Assembly (NCBI GenBank): GCA_014730075.1
Contig: WJIX01000148.1
Location: 1-44,171 of the forward strand
Reading direction: 5' to 3'
From: a bacterium
Lineage (GTDB): Bacteria > Krumholzibacteriota > Krumholzibacteriia > Krumholzibacteriales > WJIX01
DNA: 44,171 nt
Made by a program: the position numbers and the translations under genes. The notes under the pieces are model-generated. The model was not told the DNA's origin. It made no database searches and saw only the letters and a list, made by a program, of their open reading frames with translations. Below are positions 1-10,012 of the stretch, piece by piece. Each line of letters starts with the position of its first letter. The stretch's first letter is position 1.

Positions 1-1212
1 CGGATAGACAATAGATCATCCTACGCCCCCTTCGTCACCTGGTCCACAGCTTCAGACTGGAAAAGCTTCTCAGAGCTGGTAAGTTCCAGATTCAAAGAAG
101 CGGCGGTAATCAGCGGCGCCCTGGCCGATACTGTATCGGTAATAACCGAATTCCAGCCCTCAGAGGCCGCTGTCGCCGGAGCTGTAATAGATTTCATCAA
201 CCGGAACACCCGCGGTATTCATTATCACCCGGGATTCTGGTTTCCAGAGCCCCGTTCCGCGGAACGGGTATGGGAAACAGCTTACGGCCACTCCCTGGAC
301 CGGGCGGTTCTGGGCGCAGCGATGTTGCGGGAGGCCGGGCTTGGAGCGGAGCTTATATTTATTTCAAAGAACACCGCCGCATCTGTTTCTGCTCCCGCCC
401 AGGTATCCTCATTCGACAGGGTCCTGCTGCGTATAACCGCCGGCGGTATCCTGGGATTCTATGATCCTGTTTCCGGTGAGTTCATCAAAGGGTTGAGTCA
501 CCTGTACGGCAAAGCTATATGGGCTCCGGAATCGGCCAGACAGCCATCTATCTTTCAAGACCCGGAAGGTGAACAGAGCAGGAGCGCTTACCGGATCACT
601 CTTGAGTTAACCCCCTCGCCATCGGGGCCCTGGGAGGGGACCGGATATATCGATGCCGGTGGTATCTTCAGCTGCTACCAGGAGATGTCCGGCCCCGGAG
701 GCAGGGCGTCATCCTTTATTAACAGGATAATCAGCTCCCTGCTTCCAGGAGCGGAAGGTTGTCAATTCAACCCGGAACTGTTCACCCGTGAACAGGTGTC
801 TGCCAGGTTCAGTTTCAGCATATCGCCGGAACCGGAGGAGAAAGATGGAAAAGTAAGGATAGAACTGGGGGATAAACCTGCCGGAGGACTGCTGGAAAAG
901 CTTCCCGCCAGCCTGCAGCTTTGCCATAACGCCAGGACTTCACCGGTAATACTGCCAGCTGAAATGATTCAGGTTGTCAGATTGAGGATTAATACCGGAG
1001 ATTTAGAGGCCGGGCACTTGCCACGGAACCGGGAAATAACAAACAGCGCGGGCGCCTTCATCCTTTCCGCCGAGAGGGGGAACGGTGCTGTCACTATCAG
1101 GAGAGAATTGAGGCTGAAACAGACCAGGGTGCCCGCCCCGGAATGGCCCGGGCTGCGGGAACTGCTTCTGGAAGAAAGCGATATATCCGGAAGGACTGTC
1201 ATCCTGGAATAA
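1..1212 (+). CDS. Transglutaminase-like domain protein (DUF3857/DUF3858-type), 5' end outside window
   Basis: Frame 1 is open from base 1 into the 322..1212 ORF, checked codon by codon with no stop. The segment ERVWETAYGHSLDRAVLGAAMLREAGLGAELIF resembles the transglutaminase-core consensus (..GyGdCkDkA.L..alLRa.Gi.a), but Ser sits where the nucleophile Cys is expected. Stop codon is TAA. Confidence 0.6.
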   Translation, partial: RIDNRSSYAPFVTWSTASDWKSFSELVSSRFKEAAVISGALADTVSVITEFQPSEAAVAGAVIDFINRNTRGIHYHPGFWFPEPRSAERVWETAYGHSLDRAVLGAAMLREAGLGAELIFISKNTAASVSAPAQVSSFDRVLLRITAGGILGFYDPVSGEFIKGLSHLYGKAIWAPESARQPSIFQDPEGEQSRSAYRITLELTPSPSGPWEGTGYIDAGGIFSCYQEMSGPGGRASSFINRIISSLLPGAEGCQFNPELFTREQVSARFSFSISPEPEEKDGKVRIELGDKPAGGLLEKLPASLQLCHNARTSPVILPAEMIQVVRLRINTGDLEAGHLPRNREITNSAGAFILSAERGNGAVTIRRELRLKQTRVPAPEWPGLRELLLEESDISGRTVILE

Positions 1213-1337
1213 CATTCAGGCGGCTTTTCTGCGAAACCAACCTGGGGCCCCGGCCGTATTACTGTCAGTCAGTGAACCCGGGGGGGGCAGAAAACAGGTT
1301 GTAACTGAATAGAGATTCTATGAAGGGAGCAGGAGTT

Positions 1338-2126
1338 ATGAAAAGTCATGAGGTAGATTACAGTATAATAGGCGATGATATACAGATTGTGGAGGTGGAG
1401 CTTGATCCCGGAGAAACCGTAATAGCCGAAGCGGGAGCGATGAACTACATGGATGACGGAATCGGGTATGAAGCGAAAATGGGCGATGGCTCCAATCCAA
1501 ACGAAGGGCTGATGAACAAACTCCTCAATGCCGGAAAGAGAATGCTGACCGGAGAATCGATATTTCTGACTCACTTCACCAACAACGGAAGCGGAAAGAA
1601 AATTGTAGCTCTGGCCGCTCCATATCCTGGCAAGATTATTCCCCTGGATCTTTCAGAGATAGGGGGAGATCTTATCTGCCAGAAAGATGCCTTCCTCGGG
1701 GCGGCCCTGGGAACAAAAATCGAGATTACCCTTGCAAAACGTCTGGGAACCGGATTCTTCGGGGGAGAGGGATTCATTCTTCAGAGGATAATGGGTGACG
1801 GTATGGCTTTCATTCACGTTGGAGGAACGGTGGTAAGGAAACAGCTCCAGGGCGAGACAATTCACGTGGATACCGGCTGCCTGGCTGCTTTCTCCTCCGG
1901 TATTGATTACGATATACGCAGGGCGGGGAACCTTAAATCGATGTTTTTCGGTGGAGAAGGGCTCTTTCTGGCAACCCTGAGGGGTACCGGAACGGTCTAT
2001 CTGCAGTCACTCCCATTCTCACGCATGGCTGACCGGATAGTGAAGCATGCTCCTTCCTCGGGCGGAAAAAGGAAAGGGGAGGGCTCCATACTGGGAGCTA
2101 TCGGAGATATGATCGATGGGGATTAG
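1338..2126 (+). CDS. AIM24 / TIGR00266 family protein
   Basis: The N-terminus [38 protein letters not shown] is typical of this family. The ATG at 1338 follows GGGAGCAGGAG, an SD-like sequence. The ORF track start at 1320 would add 6 aa and has no RBS. Confidence 0.8.
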   Translation: MKSHEVDYSIIGDDIQIVEVELDPGETVIAEAGAMNYMDDGIGYEAKMGDGSNPNEGLMNKLLNAGKRMLTGESIFLTHFTNNGSGKKIVALAAPYPGKIIPLDLSEIGGDLICQKDAFLGAALGTKIEITLAKRLGTGFFGGEGFILQRIMGDGMAFIHVGGTVVRKQLQGETIHVDTGCLAAFSSGIDYDIRRAGNLKSMFFGGEGLFLATLRGTGTVYLQSLPFSRMADRIVKHAPSSGGKRKGEGSILGAIGDMIDGD

Positions 2127-2176
2127 TACCCTGCCGGGCCATTATAGGTAATAACCTTCAAATCGGGCCAAAGGAA

Positions 2177-2207
2177 TTGACTTTGACCGGTTATCCTGTA
2201 TTATAAT
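2177..2207 (+). promoter_or_regulatory. Candidate sigma70-like promoter (TTGACT-N19-TATAAT)
   Basis: Hexamers read directly at 2177-2182 and 2202-2207. The 19-nt spacer is longer than optimal. If this promoter is real, the ATG at 2206 cannot be the kinase start. Confidence 0.25.
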
Positions 2208-2271
2208 GCCATATTCGCAAAGGATCTCATGTCAGTTCCACGGAACGATTTCATCTTCGAGATATCTTCAG

Positions 2272-5200
2272 ATGGATAGTATAAACCTGTTGTCAGAAAT
2301 CAGCATTATCCCGCACCTGTTAATCAGGAGAATAATTCTTCCGGTTGTCAGTATACTGACAGCTGCCCTTATGCTATTCACACCTCTGCAGGCCCAGAGA
2401 TACCAGGTAGACACCTATACTGAAACCGAAGGCCTTCCCAGCTCCACGGTAAAGAGTATCGCTCAGGACAGCACCGGGCATATCTGGTTTGCCACCCGCT
2501 CAGGTATCTGCACCTATGACGGCTCGAGGTGGAAGACCTACGGTCTGGAGGAGGGGCTGCTCTCTCTGAACAACAGATTTATCCTGGTGGATGAACGTAA
2601 CAGGATCTGGGCTGTTTCGATAAGAAACGGGATAGACGTATCGCTGATGGAGGAAAAGGACAGGTGGAAGAAAATTCCCCAGCTGAAAGAGCCCCTGGAA
2701 AGAAAAAGTGTCAGCTCCGTGGCGGTGGCACCCGCCGGTGGCGGCACTCTGCTCCTGGCGGTAATAGGAAAAGAGAAGGTTTTCTATTGGGACGAGAGCT
2801 CATGGCACAGCTGTTCCCTGCCGGCCGGATACAGCGGGCTTGCCATCTATGACCTGGAGGCGGTTGAAAGCAGTATCTTTGCGGCAACCTCCCGGGGTCT
2901 GATGAGATTTTCCACGGAAGCTCCCCGGAAGGGGTTGCAGGAACCGGGCATTGCTCCCGATATGGAAGTAAAGAGCCTGGCATACCACAGTGAGGAAGAG
3001 AGTTTATGGCTAACCGGCCCTGACTGGATTGGCGTGGTCAGAGATGGAAGCTTCCGGAAGAAAGCTGACAATATCATCTTCGAACCAGCGGTAATGGCTG
3101 ACAGAATGATCTGTGAACCTGACGGGACAGGTGGGCTGTTCCTGGGAAATCCCCTGAAACTGTTCCATTATAACCGCAAGGGGGAAATTGAACAGTTTAC
3201 CAAGAAGAACGGGCTGATAGATGAGGGAGCAAATACCATTTTCCTGGACCGGGAGGGGAATGTCTGGACCGGCGGAGACCGTGGAGTTACCAAGATAATA
3301 AGCCTGAGATTCGCCGGTTACCGGAAGGAACACGGTCTGTTCAGGGATGAGGTAACATCCATTCTAAGAAGGTATTCCGGAGAGACAGTACTGGGACATT
3401 ACAGCGGGCTTACCATAATTGGAGACAGCATGAGATGTATTAAATTCAGGAAACAGGGGATCAGAATCAGGGTCCTGGACCTGTCTGAAGACCACGCCGG
3501 TAATATATGGATTGCTGCCAGCAATCTCGGCCTGGGTAAATTTGAAGGGGAAAAACCGGTACATTGGTTCGGGGAGGATTCAGGCCTTAATGGGCAGGTT
3601 CAGTCGGTCCTGGCGGGAAGTGATGGCCGGATATGGGTAGCCTCCGAAAACGATCTGTTCATAAAACAGGGGGAGCGGTTCGAAAAGGTATCCATGAAAC
3701 CAATGGAAAAAAGGTCGACTCTGAGGCGGTTGTTCGAGGGCGGCGGGGGAGAAATCTATGCTGCTTCGACCAGGGACGGCCTCTACAGGATCCACCGCGG
3801 CGGCTGCGATCACTGGGAGATCGGAGAAACCCGAAATGAAAATAATGTATACTCCATGCTGGAAACCGGTGATGGCACCCTGCTAATAGGCACCTATGGT
3901 GGCCTGTTCAGGGGTAAAGACGGGGAGTTCGAGAGAGCGGTTTCCCCGGGGCCGGAAATAAACAGGCCGGTCTACATGATGCTGAAGGATCTGGAAGGGC
4001 GGATCTGGTTTGGAACCGACAACGGGGTATTCAGATGGAACGGCACCAGAATGATCCGTTTTACCGTTGAGAACGGGCTGATAGGGCGGGAAGTAAACCG
4101 TGATGCCGGGTTCGTGGATCCCGGGGGGGATATCTGGATAGGAACGGATAACGGGTTATCCATTTACCGGGAAGAATACGACCGTAAGGGGAAAATTGCG
4201 CCGGTGGTGGAGCTGGTCTCACTCGAGACCGAGGATAAATCCTTCCTTCTCGACAGAGGAAGAGACCTGGACCTCGATTTCGGCTGGAATACTATCCTGC
4301 TCCGCTTCAATGCTGTCTCATTCGTAAATGAAAAGAGAGTCAGGTTCCGGAGCCGCCTGGAAGGGTTCGAGGATGAATGGTCCAGACCTTATATATCGGT
4401 GGAAAGGGAGATACGTTATACCAACCTGCCCCCGGGAGAATATGTATTCCACCTCCAGGCCGCCGGATACCAGCAGCCGTGGAGTGAGACGGTCTCCTCG
4501 GGTACCATAAGAATCCACGCTCCATTCTGGAAGAGCTGGTGGTTCATTGGGGCTATCCTGCTGACAGCCAGCCTGCTTATCTACTTTTTCATTATTCTTA
4601 TAATCCAGAAGAGATATTCACACCAGCTGGAGAATGAAGTCAGGCAAAGGGTAGCTGAAAACCAGAGGATGGAAAAGGAGATCGCCAAGGCCGCACAGCT
4701 GAAGTCGCTCGGAATCCTGGCCGGAGGAATAGCCCATGATTTCAATAACCTCCTTACCGCCATAATGGGAAATCTCTCCCTGCTGGAGATCAGCGGCAAT
4801 ATAAATGAAAAGGAGAGGGAACTGGTCAGCAGGGCGATGCTTGCGGCGGAAAGGTCTGAATCTCTGACCGGCCAGCTCCTTACCTTTTCCCGCGGAGGAG
4901 ATCCGATACGAAGGCCAGGTTCGATCGAAGGGGTAATAAAAGAATCAGCTTCATTCATACTGAGTGGTTCCAATATCAGCTGTGAGTATGACCTCCCCGA
5001 TAATCTCCGTCCTGTCCAGATCGATTCCGGCCAGATCAGCCAGGTGATCAGCAATATTCTGATTAACGCCCAGGAGGCGATGCCGGAGGGTGGCAGGATC
5101 AGAATATCAGCCAGGAATATGGAGAATCCCCCCGGTGATAAAGGGGTTACCAACCTGGCTGAGGGTTTATACGTGATGGTTGAGATAGAAGACGAGGGTG

Positions 5201-5829
5201 AAGGTATAAGCGACGAAGAGATGACTCATATATTCGATCCCTATTTTACCACAAAGGAAACAGGAAACGGCCTGGGATTGACTACCGCATATTCCATACT
5301 GACCAAACATGAGGGGCTGCTCAGGGCCGAATCGACAGATGGCGGGGGAGCTAAATTCATATTCTATCTCCCCGCCGCCCAGAGGGCCCAGGAGGACCCG
5401 GACCAGGAAAAAGACATTTCTCTTCCCGGAGGAGGCAGGGTGCTGGTGATGGACGATGAGGAGATTATACTATCTACCATCAAAGGGATGCTCTCCGGAA
5501 TGGGGTTCGATGTAACCACCGCCCGGGACGGAGAGGAGGCGGTCAGAATCTACTCCCAATCTATCCGCACGGGGAACAGGTTCCAGGCGGTAATCCTTGA
5601 TCTAACCATCCCCGGGGGAATGGGAGGAAAAGAAACAGTAAAGCGGATGATCGAAATCGATCCCGGTGTCAGGGCAATCGTTGCCAGCGGATATTCCAAT
5701 GACGATATAATGGCCAACTGTTCAGATTATGGATTCCGCGCGGGAATGTGCAAACCATTTACCCCCGATCAGCTGAGAAGGGCGATAAAGAGCGCCCTGG
5801 AAGACAGGTCGTTCCATCCTGAACCCTGA
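2272..5829 (+). CDS. Hybrid sensor histidine kinase: periplasmic two-component-regulator propeller repeats, Y_Y_Y, TM, HisKA/HATPase, receiver
   Basis: Repeated D..G.IW.GT..G motifs (e.g. DSTGHIWFATRSG, DREGNVWTGGDRG, DLEGRIWFGTDNG). Y_Y_Y-like FRSRLEGFEDEWS...YTNLPPGEYVFHLQA. TM segment WWFIGAILLTASLLIYFFIILII. H-box GGIAHDFNNLL. G-boxes ETGNGLGL. C-terminal REC (VLVMDDEE...ILDLTIPGGMGG). Start is uncertain; I chose 2272 (MDSINLL), upstream of the signal/TM segment. Confidence 0.85.
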   Translation: MDSINLLSEISIIPHLLIRRIILPVVSILTAALMLFTPLQAQRYQVDTYTETEGLPSSTVKSIAQDSTGHIWFATRSGICTYDGSRWKTYGLEEGLLSLNNRFILVDERNRIWAVSIRNGIDVSLMEEKDRWKKIPQLKEPLERKSVSSVAVAPAGGGTLLLAVIGKEKVFYWDESSWHSCSLPAGYSGLAIYDLEAVESSIFAATSRGLMRFSTEAPRKGLQEPGIAPDMEVKSLAYHSEEESLWLTGPDWIGVVRDGSFRKKADNIIFEPAVMADRMICEPDGTGGLFLGNPLKLFHYNRKGEIEQFTKKNGLIDEGANTIFLDREGNVWTGGDRGVTKIISLRFAGYRKEHGLFRDEVTSILRRYSGETVLGHYSGLTIIGDSMRCIKFRKQGIRIRVLDLSEDHAGNIWIAASNLGLGKFEGEKPVHWFGEDSGLNGQVQSVLAGSDGRIWVASENDLFIKQGERFEKVSMKPMEKRSTLRRLFEGGGGEIYAASTRDGLYRIHRGGCDHWEIGETRNENNVYSMLETGDGTLLIGTYGGLFRGKDGEFERAVSPGPEINRPVYMMLKDLEGRIWFGTDNGVFRWNGTRMIRFTVENGLIGREVNRDAGFVDPGGDIWIGTDNGLSIYREEYDRKGKIAPVVELVSLETEDKSFLLDRGRDLDLDFGWNTILLRFNAVSFVNEKRVRFRSRLEGFEDEWSRPYISVEREIRYTNLPPGEYVFHLQAAGYQQPWSETVSSGTIRIHAPFWKSWWFIGAILLTASLLIYFFIILIIQKRYSHQLENEVRQRVAENQRMEKEIAKAAQLKSLGILAGGIAHDFNNLLTAIMGNLSLLEISGNINEKERELVSRAMLAAERSESLTGQLLTFSRGGDPIRRPGSIEGVIKESASFILSGSNISCEYDLPDNLRPVQIDSGQISQVISNILINAQEAMPEGGRIRISARNMENPPGDKGVTNLAEGLYVMVEIEDEGEGISDEEMTHIFDPYFTTKETGNGLGLTTAYSILTKHEGLLRAESTDGGGAKFIFYLPAAQRAQEDPDQEKDISLPGGGRVLVMDDEEIILSTIKGMLSGMGFDVTTARDGEEAVRIYSQSIRTGNRFQAVILDLTIPGGMGGKETVKRMIEIDPGVRAIVASGYSNDDIMANCSDYGFRAGMCKPFTPDQLRRAIKSALEDRSFHPEP

Positions 5830-5853
5830 CAGACCTTCCAGCCGCAGACCGTA

Positions 5854-7587
5854 TTATTCAAGGAACATTATCGTAAATTCGGACCATTCTCCAGGAAACT
5901 TTACCGTGTACTCCAGACCTATCTCCACCCTCTCTCCCGGCACCAGGGAGAGCTTCCAGGTAAGTAATCCGTTCCGGGCTCTGCTCTGCGGCTCCGGTTC
6001 GATGTCAACATCGTCAATATCTATATCATCCATGGTCGAGACCGGAATCCGGTCCTTGATGGTCAGTTCCACCGGCTGTTTTTTGAAATTCTCCGCGGTA
6101 ATCCTGTAATGATAACGTATCTCTTTTCTCCTGTCCCCCTCACCGGAGAGATACTCCTTCTTCTCCAGTTCCTGCGTTACCTCGATATCCTGATCTATTC
6201 CGAGAGAGATCACCAGATCACCTCCGGTGGGAACTGAACTTATCCCCCCCTCTCCCACGAATGTCGATACCGGAGAAGAGAGCTGCTCTGGTTCAGTCTG
6301 AATATATACCTCGGCCGTCCCCTCCAGGATCGGAATATCCATACTGTTGTTAATCTTGCCTCTTACGAATACATTCTCCGACAGGCGCGGGACGGAAAAA
6401 AGAGAGAGTTCGGCCGGGAAGCTCTCCCGCCTGATAAGAATCCTTCGGCTGGAACCGGACTTGAGACTGACCGGCCCTGGAATGGAGAAATTGGCCGAGA
6501 AGCTGGTCCTGGCCGCCCCGGCCTGTGAAAAACCTACCGGCGCTGATTTATGGCGGCCTCCCCTTACATGAAGGTCATCCACGTCAGCCATTTCCACCGT
6601 TTCCGAACTGATCGAATGCATTACATCCCCCCTCCCTTCGATTCTCTTCAGATAAAGAGGCTTGAGTTCAGGCGGAGAAGCTCCCACGTGCGGCCTGGCG
6701 GTAGAAAGAGTAACAGATACATCCTCCCAGTCCTCACCGCTCTTCTGAATAATGGTGCCCGCATATCGAAGATCGACTCTCTCCTCTTCCGGATTATAGA
6801 TAACCCGGTAACGTGGGTGCCATACCGCACCCCCATCCACCAGATATGATATTTCAAAGGTCAGCCTGCCGGCGCTTTCCACATCGCAATCAATCCTTAC
6901 CTCATTTCCCCTTTCCGTAAAGCTAAGCTGTTTTAATTCCTTTTCGACTTCCTCTATCTCCTCTCTAATCTCTGCCAGTTCCTTTCCGGTCTCTGAAATC
7001 TTCTGCCCTGCCTCCCTGTTCTCCTCCTCGATGAAGTTCAGAAGCCCCGTCCAGTCAGAGACACTGAAAGTCTGCTCCCTGATTTCGTCGCCGGCATTTT
7101 CACCGGATATATCTGTGATCAGGGACACGAACTTAAGCCTCTTTCGAAGCGCTCCCTTCGCAATGCTGATAGAATCTTCCTTCATCTTCAGCGATTCCAG
7201 TTTTTCCTTCAGGGCGTCATACTCCTCAGGGGTTGGTATATCTATATTTCTCTCCAGTACTTCGATCCCCATTATTTCCGCCTTGGCAGAGCCTCTCCCC
7301 TCGACCCTTACGGATGACCTGTCAGTCATTCCGGGTAGCCCCTCCACTATATAGGTGTAGAACCCCGGGTGTGCCTCAACGGTTCCGGTCCGTTTAACGT
7401 TAACCTTACCCCTGCTGAAAATAGCTGCCTCCGCTATAACCGTTTCCAGCTTCACTTCTGTTCTGCCACTACCACCGGGGAGTGCGTGGACACAGGTCAG
7501 AAGAGAAGTTATCAGTAATACGGAAAGAGCTGAAAAGACGAAGATCCCCTTGTGCGTATAATTCAATTTATACCTCCATCCATCCAT
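5854..7587 (-). CDS. DUF4139 / TIGR02231 (MuiA-like) family protein, secreted
   Basis: N-terminal hydrophobic signal, a central coiled-coil (EIREEIEEVEKELKQL), and the family-typical WHPRYRVIYNPEEERVDLRYAGTIIQKSGEDWEDVSVTLSTARP. An alternative TTG start about 7 codons in follows GGATGGAGG. Confidence 0.7.
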   Translation of the reverse strand: MDGWRYKLNYTHKGIFVFSALSVLLITSLLTCVHALPGGSGRTEVKLETVIAEAAIFSRGKVNVKRTGTVEAHPGFYTYIVEGLPGMTDRSSVRVEGRGSAKAEIMGIEVLERNIDIPTPEEYDALKEKLESLKMKEDSISIAKGALRKRLKFVSLITDISGENAGDEIREQTFSVSDWTGLLNFIEEENREAGQKISETGKELAEIREEIEEVEKELKQLSFTERGNEVRIDCDVESAGRLTFEISYLVDGGAVWHPRYRVIYNPEEERVDLRYAGTIIQKSGEDWEDVSVTLSTARPHVGASPPELKPLYLKRIEGRGDVMHSISSETVEMADVDDLHVRGGRHKSAPVGFSQAGAARTSFSANFSIPGPVSLKSGSSRRILIRRESFPAELSLFSVPRLSENVFVRGKINNSMDIPILEGTAEVYIQTEPEQLSSPVSTFVGEGGISSVPTGGDLVISLGIDQDIEVTQELEKKEYLSGEGDRRKEIRYHYRITAENFKKQPVELTIKDRIPVSTMDDIDIDDVDIEPEPQSRARNGLLTWKLSLVPGERVEIGLEYTVKFPGEWSEFTIMFLE

Positions 7588-7714
7588 TTAAACGGCAGGC
7601 CTCCACAGCCTTTCAGGACGTTATCTATTTGCCACTGTAAGTTATTCAACTTGCCCTGCTTATATTAAAAATAAATTATCCCGCTGATAATTACAACGAT
7701 ATTAAGATTGCCGA

Positions 7715-8839
7715 TCAGGCACTCTTCCTGTATCTGGCAACCGCAAGGCTTACAGATCCGGCGGCGAAGCATGCCAGGACAACCAGCTCGCTCCATACCT
7801 CTTTTAACCCGCTCCCCTTCAGGAGGATCATCCTTATTACCCTGATAAAATAGGTCAGGGGGTTGAGCCGGTCCAGTTCCCTGGCCCATGCGGGCATACT
7901 CTCGATCGGGGTAAACAGGCCGCTCATCAGGATGAATATTATCAAAAAGAAGAAAGATATGAACATGGCCTGCTGCTGGGTCCCCGACAGAGTGGATATA
8001 TACAGCCCCAGACCCAGAACTACCGGGAGGTATACCGCCGCGAACAGAAAGACCAGAAAGATCGAACCTACCATCGGGATATCGAAGAGTATTTTGCCAA
8101 GCACCATCCCGAAGCCGAAGTCGGCCAGCCCGATAACCCATATCGGTGCCAGCTTGCCGATGATGAAATCGCTCTTTCTTACCGGTGTGACATTTATCTG
8201 CTCGATCGTTCCCATCTCCTTCTCCCTGACCACATTCATGGATGACAGAAACATCCCTATGATAGTTATCATCAATACCATTATTCCGGGCACCATGAAG
8301 GTCTTGTAGTCCAGATCCGGATTGTACCAGTAGCTGGTTGATACCTCCATGCTCCCGGAGCGCCGTCGGGGACCGCCAGCGGATGCCAGCCTTTCCATAA
8401 TCACCCCGCGGTTGAAATCGTTTATCACTGATTGGAAATAGGCGTATGTCAGGCTCGCCGCGTTCTGGTTTATCCCCTCTACCAGAAGCTGCAGCTCGGC
8501 TGCTCTCCCCTGCTGTAATTCTTCCTCGAACCCGCGCGGTATCCTCACTATGGCGTCGGCGCTCCCCCGGTCAACCATCCGGTACCCCTGTTCCATGGAA
8601 GAGAGATCAGCTGAAATCCGGAAAACCGGGGTCCCCTCCAGCTTGCCGGTCAACCTCCTGGAAGTAGAAGTAAGGTCGCTGTCAATTACAGCCAGATCTA
8701 TCCTCTTTATCTCAAAGGTGGCCGCGAAGGAGAGCACGCACATCTGAAGCACGGGCATGATGAATATGATCGGCAGCATCTGCCGGTTCCTGAATATCTG
8801 AAGGAATTCCTTCTGCATCATAAACAGAGTTCTTCGCAT
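7715..8839 (-). CDS. ABC-2 type transporter permease (YbhR/YbhS-like)
   Basis: N-terminal MQKEFLQIFRNRQMLPIIFIMPVLQ, a large extracytoplasmic loop, then 5 C-terminal TM segments. Last gene of the exporter operon. Confidence 0.85.
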   Translation of the reverse strand: MRRTLFMMQKEFLQIFRNRQMLPIIFIMPVLQMCVLSFAATFEIKRIDLAVIDSDLTSTSRRLTGKLEGTPVFRISADLSSMEQGYRMVDRGSADAIVRIPRGFEEELQQGRAAELQLLVEGINQNAASLTYAYFQSVINDFNRGVIMERLASAGGPRRRSGSMEVSTSYWYNPDLDYKTFMVPGIMVLMITIIGMFLSSMNVVREKEMGTIEQINVTPVRKSDFIIGKLAPIWVIGLADFGFGMVLGKILFDIPMVGSIFLVFLFAAVYLPVVLGLGLYISTLSGTQQQAMFISFFFLIIFILMSGLFTPIESMPAWARELDRLNPLTYFIRVIRMILLKGSGLKEVWSELVVLACFAAGSVSLAVARYRKSA

Positions 8840-8856
8840 ATCTCCACTTCGTACCC

Positions 8857-9963
8857 CTACTGGAGCCGTTGATTGAAATTAAGTACGCTGAATCCAAGAA
8901 ACAGCAGGGTCATCCCGGCAAGAACGGCCGACTCCGCCATAACCGCTCCGAATCCGGTCCCCTTTATCATCACGCTCTTGATAATAACAATGAACCATCT
9001 GGCGGGAATGATGTTGGTTACCAGCTGCAGAATACGGGGCATATTCCTGATCGGGTAGATGAAACCGGAGAGCAGCATGGTCGGCATCATCAGCCCCACC
9101 ATCGAGATCATCATCGCCACCAGCTGGCTCCCTGTTATGGTGGAAATGAATATTCCCATGGAGAGGGCGGTGGTAACAAAAAGAAGGCACTCGGCCAGAA
9201 GCAGAACCAGATTCCCCCGAACCGGAAGGCCGAACACCGTATTGGCCAGTATGATTATTACCACCGCATTGATAAGAGATATTATTACGTAGGGAAGGAC
9301 CTTTCCCAGAATCAGGTGAAATGGCCTGAACGGCGAAACCAGGAGCATCTCCATTGTCCCCTGCTCCTTCTCCCTGGTAATGGAAAGAGATGTGATCATT
9401 GCCGAAATCAGGGTCAGAAGGAGGGCCATCACACCGGGAACGAACATGAATACACTCTTCAGCTCCGGATTGAACAGCATCCTGACCGGAACTGATACAG
9501 GCTGCCTGACGGCAGACCCCGGATAAAGCTCCCGGGAAAAACTATTAATTATTCCCAGGGTGTAGTTCTCCATCAGCCTGGCAGTATTGGGCTCGGAGGC
9601 ATCGGTAATGATCTGGACGGGAGCTGCTTCGCCCCTGCCAAGCTTTTCTGCGAATTCCTCTCCGAAAACCACCACCTCCCTGATATTTCCCGACTGGAAC
9701 GATTGATCTATCTCCTCCACGGAGGAAATATTCCTTACCAGGTGGAAATATCCGGAGGATAGTATCTTGCCGGTCAGCCTGGCCGTAACGTGGTCTCCCG
9801 ATTTGTCATATATTGCTATCCCGGCATCCTTGATCTCATTGGTAATAACGTATCCGAACAGGAGGATCTGGGCGACCGGTATCCCCAGGATGATAATCAG
9901 GGTCCTGGGATCGCGTATGATGTGTAGAAATTCCTTCTTTATTACCTCTATGAGGATCTTCAT
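8857..9963 (-). CDS. ABC-2 type transporter permease (YbhS/YbhR-like)
   Basis: KKEFLHIIRDPRTLIIILGIPVAQILLFGY followed by C-terminal multi-TM. Paralogous to the neighbouring permease. Confidence 0.85.
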   Translation of the reverse strand: MKILIEVIKKEFLHIIRDPRTLIIILGIPVAQILLFGYVITNEIKDAGIAIYDKSGDHVTARLTGKILSSGYFHLVRNISSVEEIDQSFQSGNIREVVVFGEEFAEKLGRGEAAPVQIITDASEPNTARLMENYTLGIINSFSRELYPGSAVRQPVSVPVRMLFNPELKSVFMFVPGVMALLLTLISAMITSLSITREKEQGTMEMLLVSPFRPFHLILGKVLPYVIISLINAVVIIILANTVFGLPVRGNLVLLLAECLLFVTTALSMGIFISTITGSQLVAMMISMVGLMMPTMLLSGFIYPIRNMPRILQLVTNIIPARWFIVIIKSVMIKGTGFGAVMAESAVLAGMTLLFLGFSVLNFNQRLQ

Positions 9964-10012
9964 TCATGCACCTTCAAATCCCTCGGGCTTATGAAGAGAG
10001 GCCGGAATCTGT

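Noticed and set aside
1277-1287. CCC followed by a G8 homopolymer in the gap upstream of the AIM24 gene, as a possible phase-variation tract.
   Set aside because: It is a single short tract about 50 nt from the start, with no promoter spacing or coding-frame consequence that I can demonstrate. It is also an error-prone sequence context.
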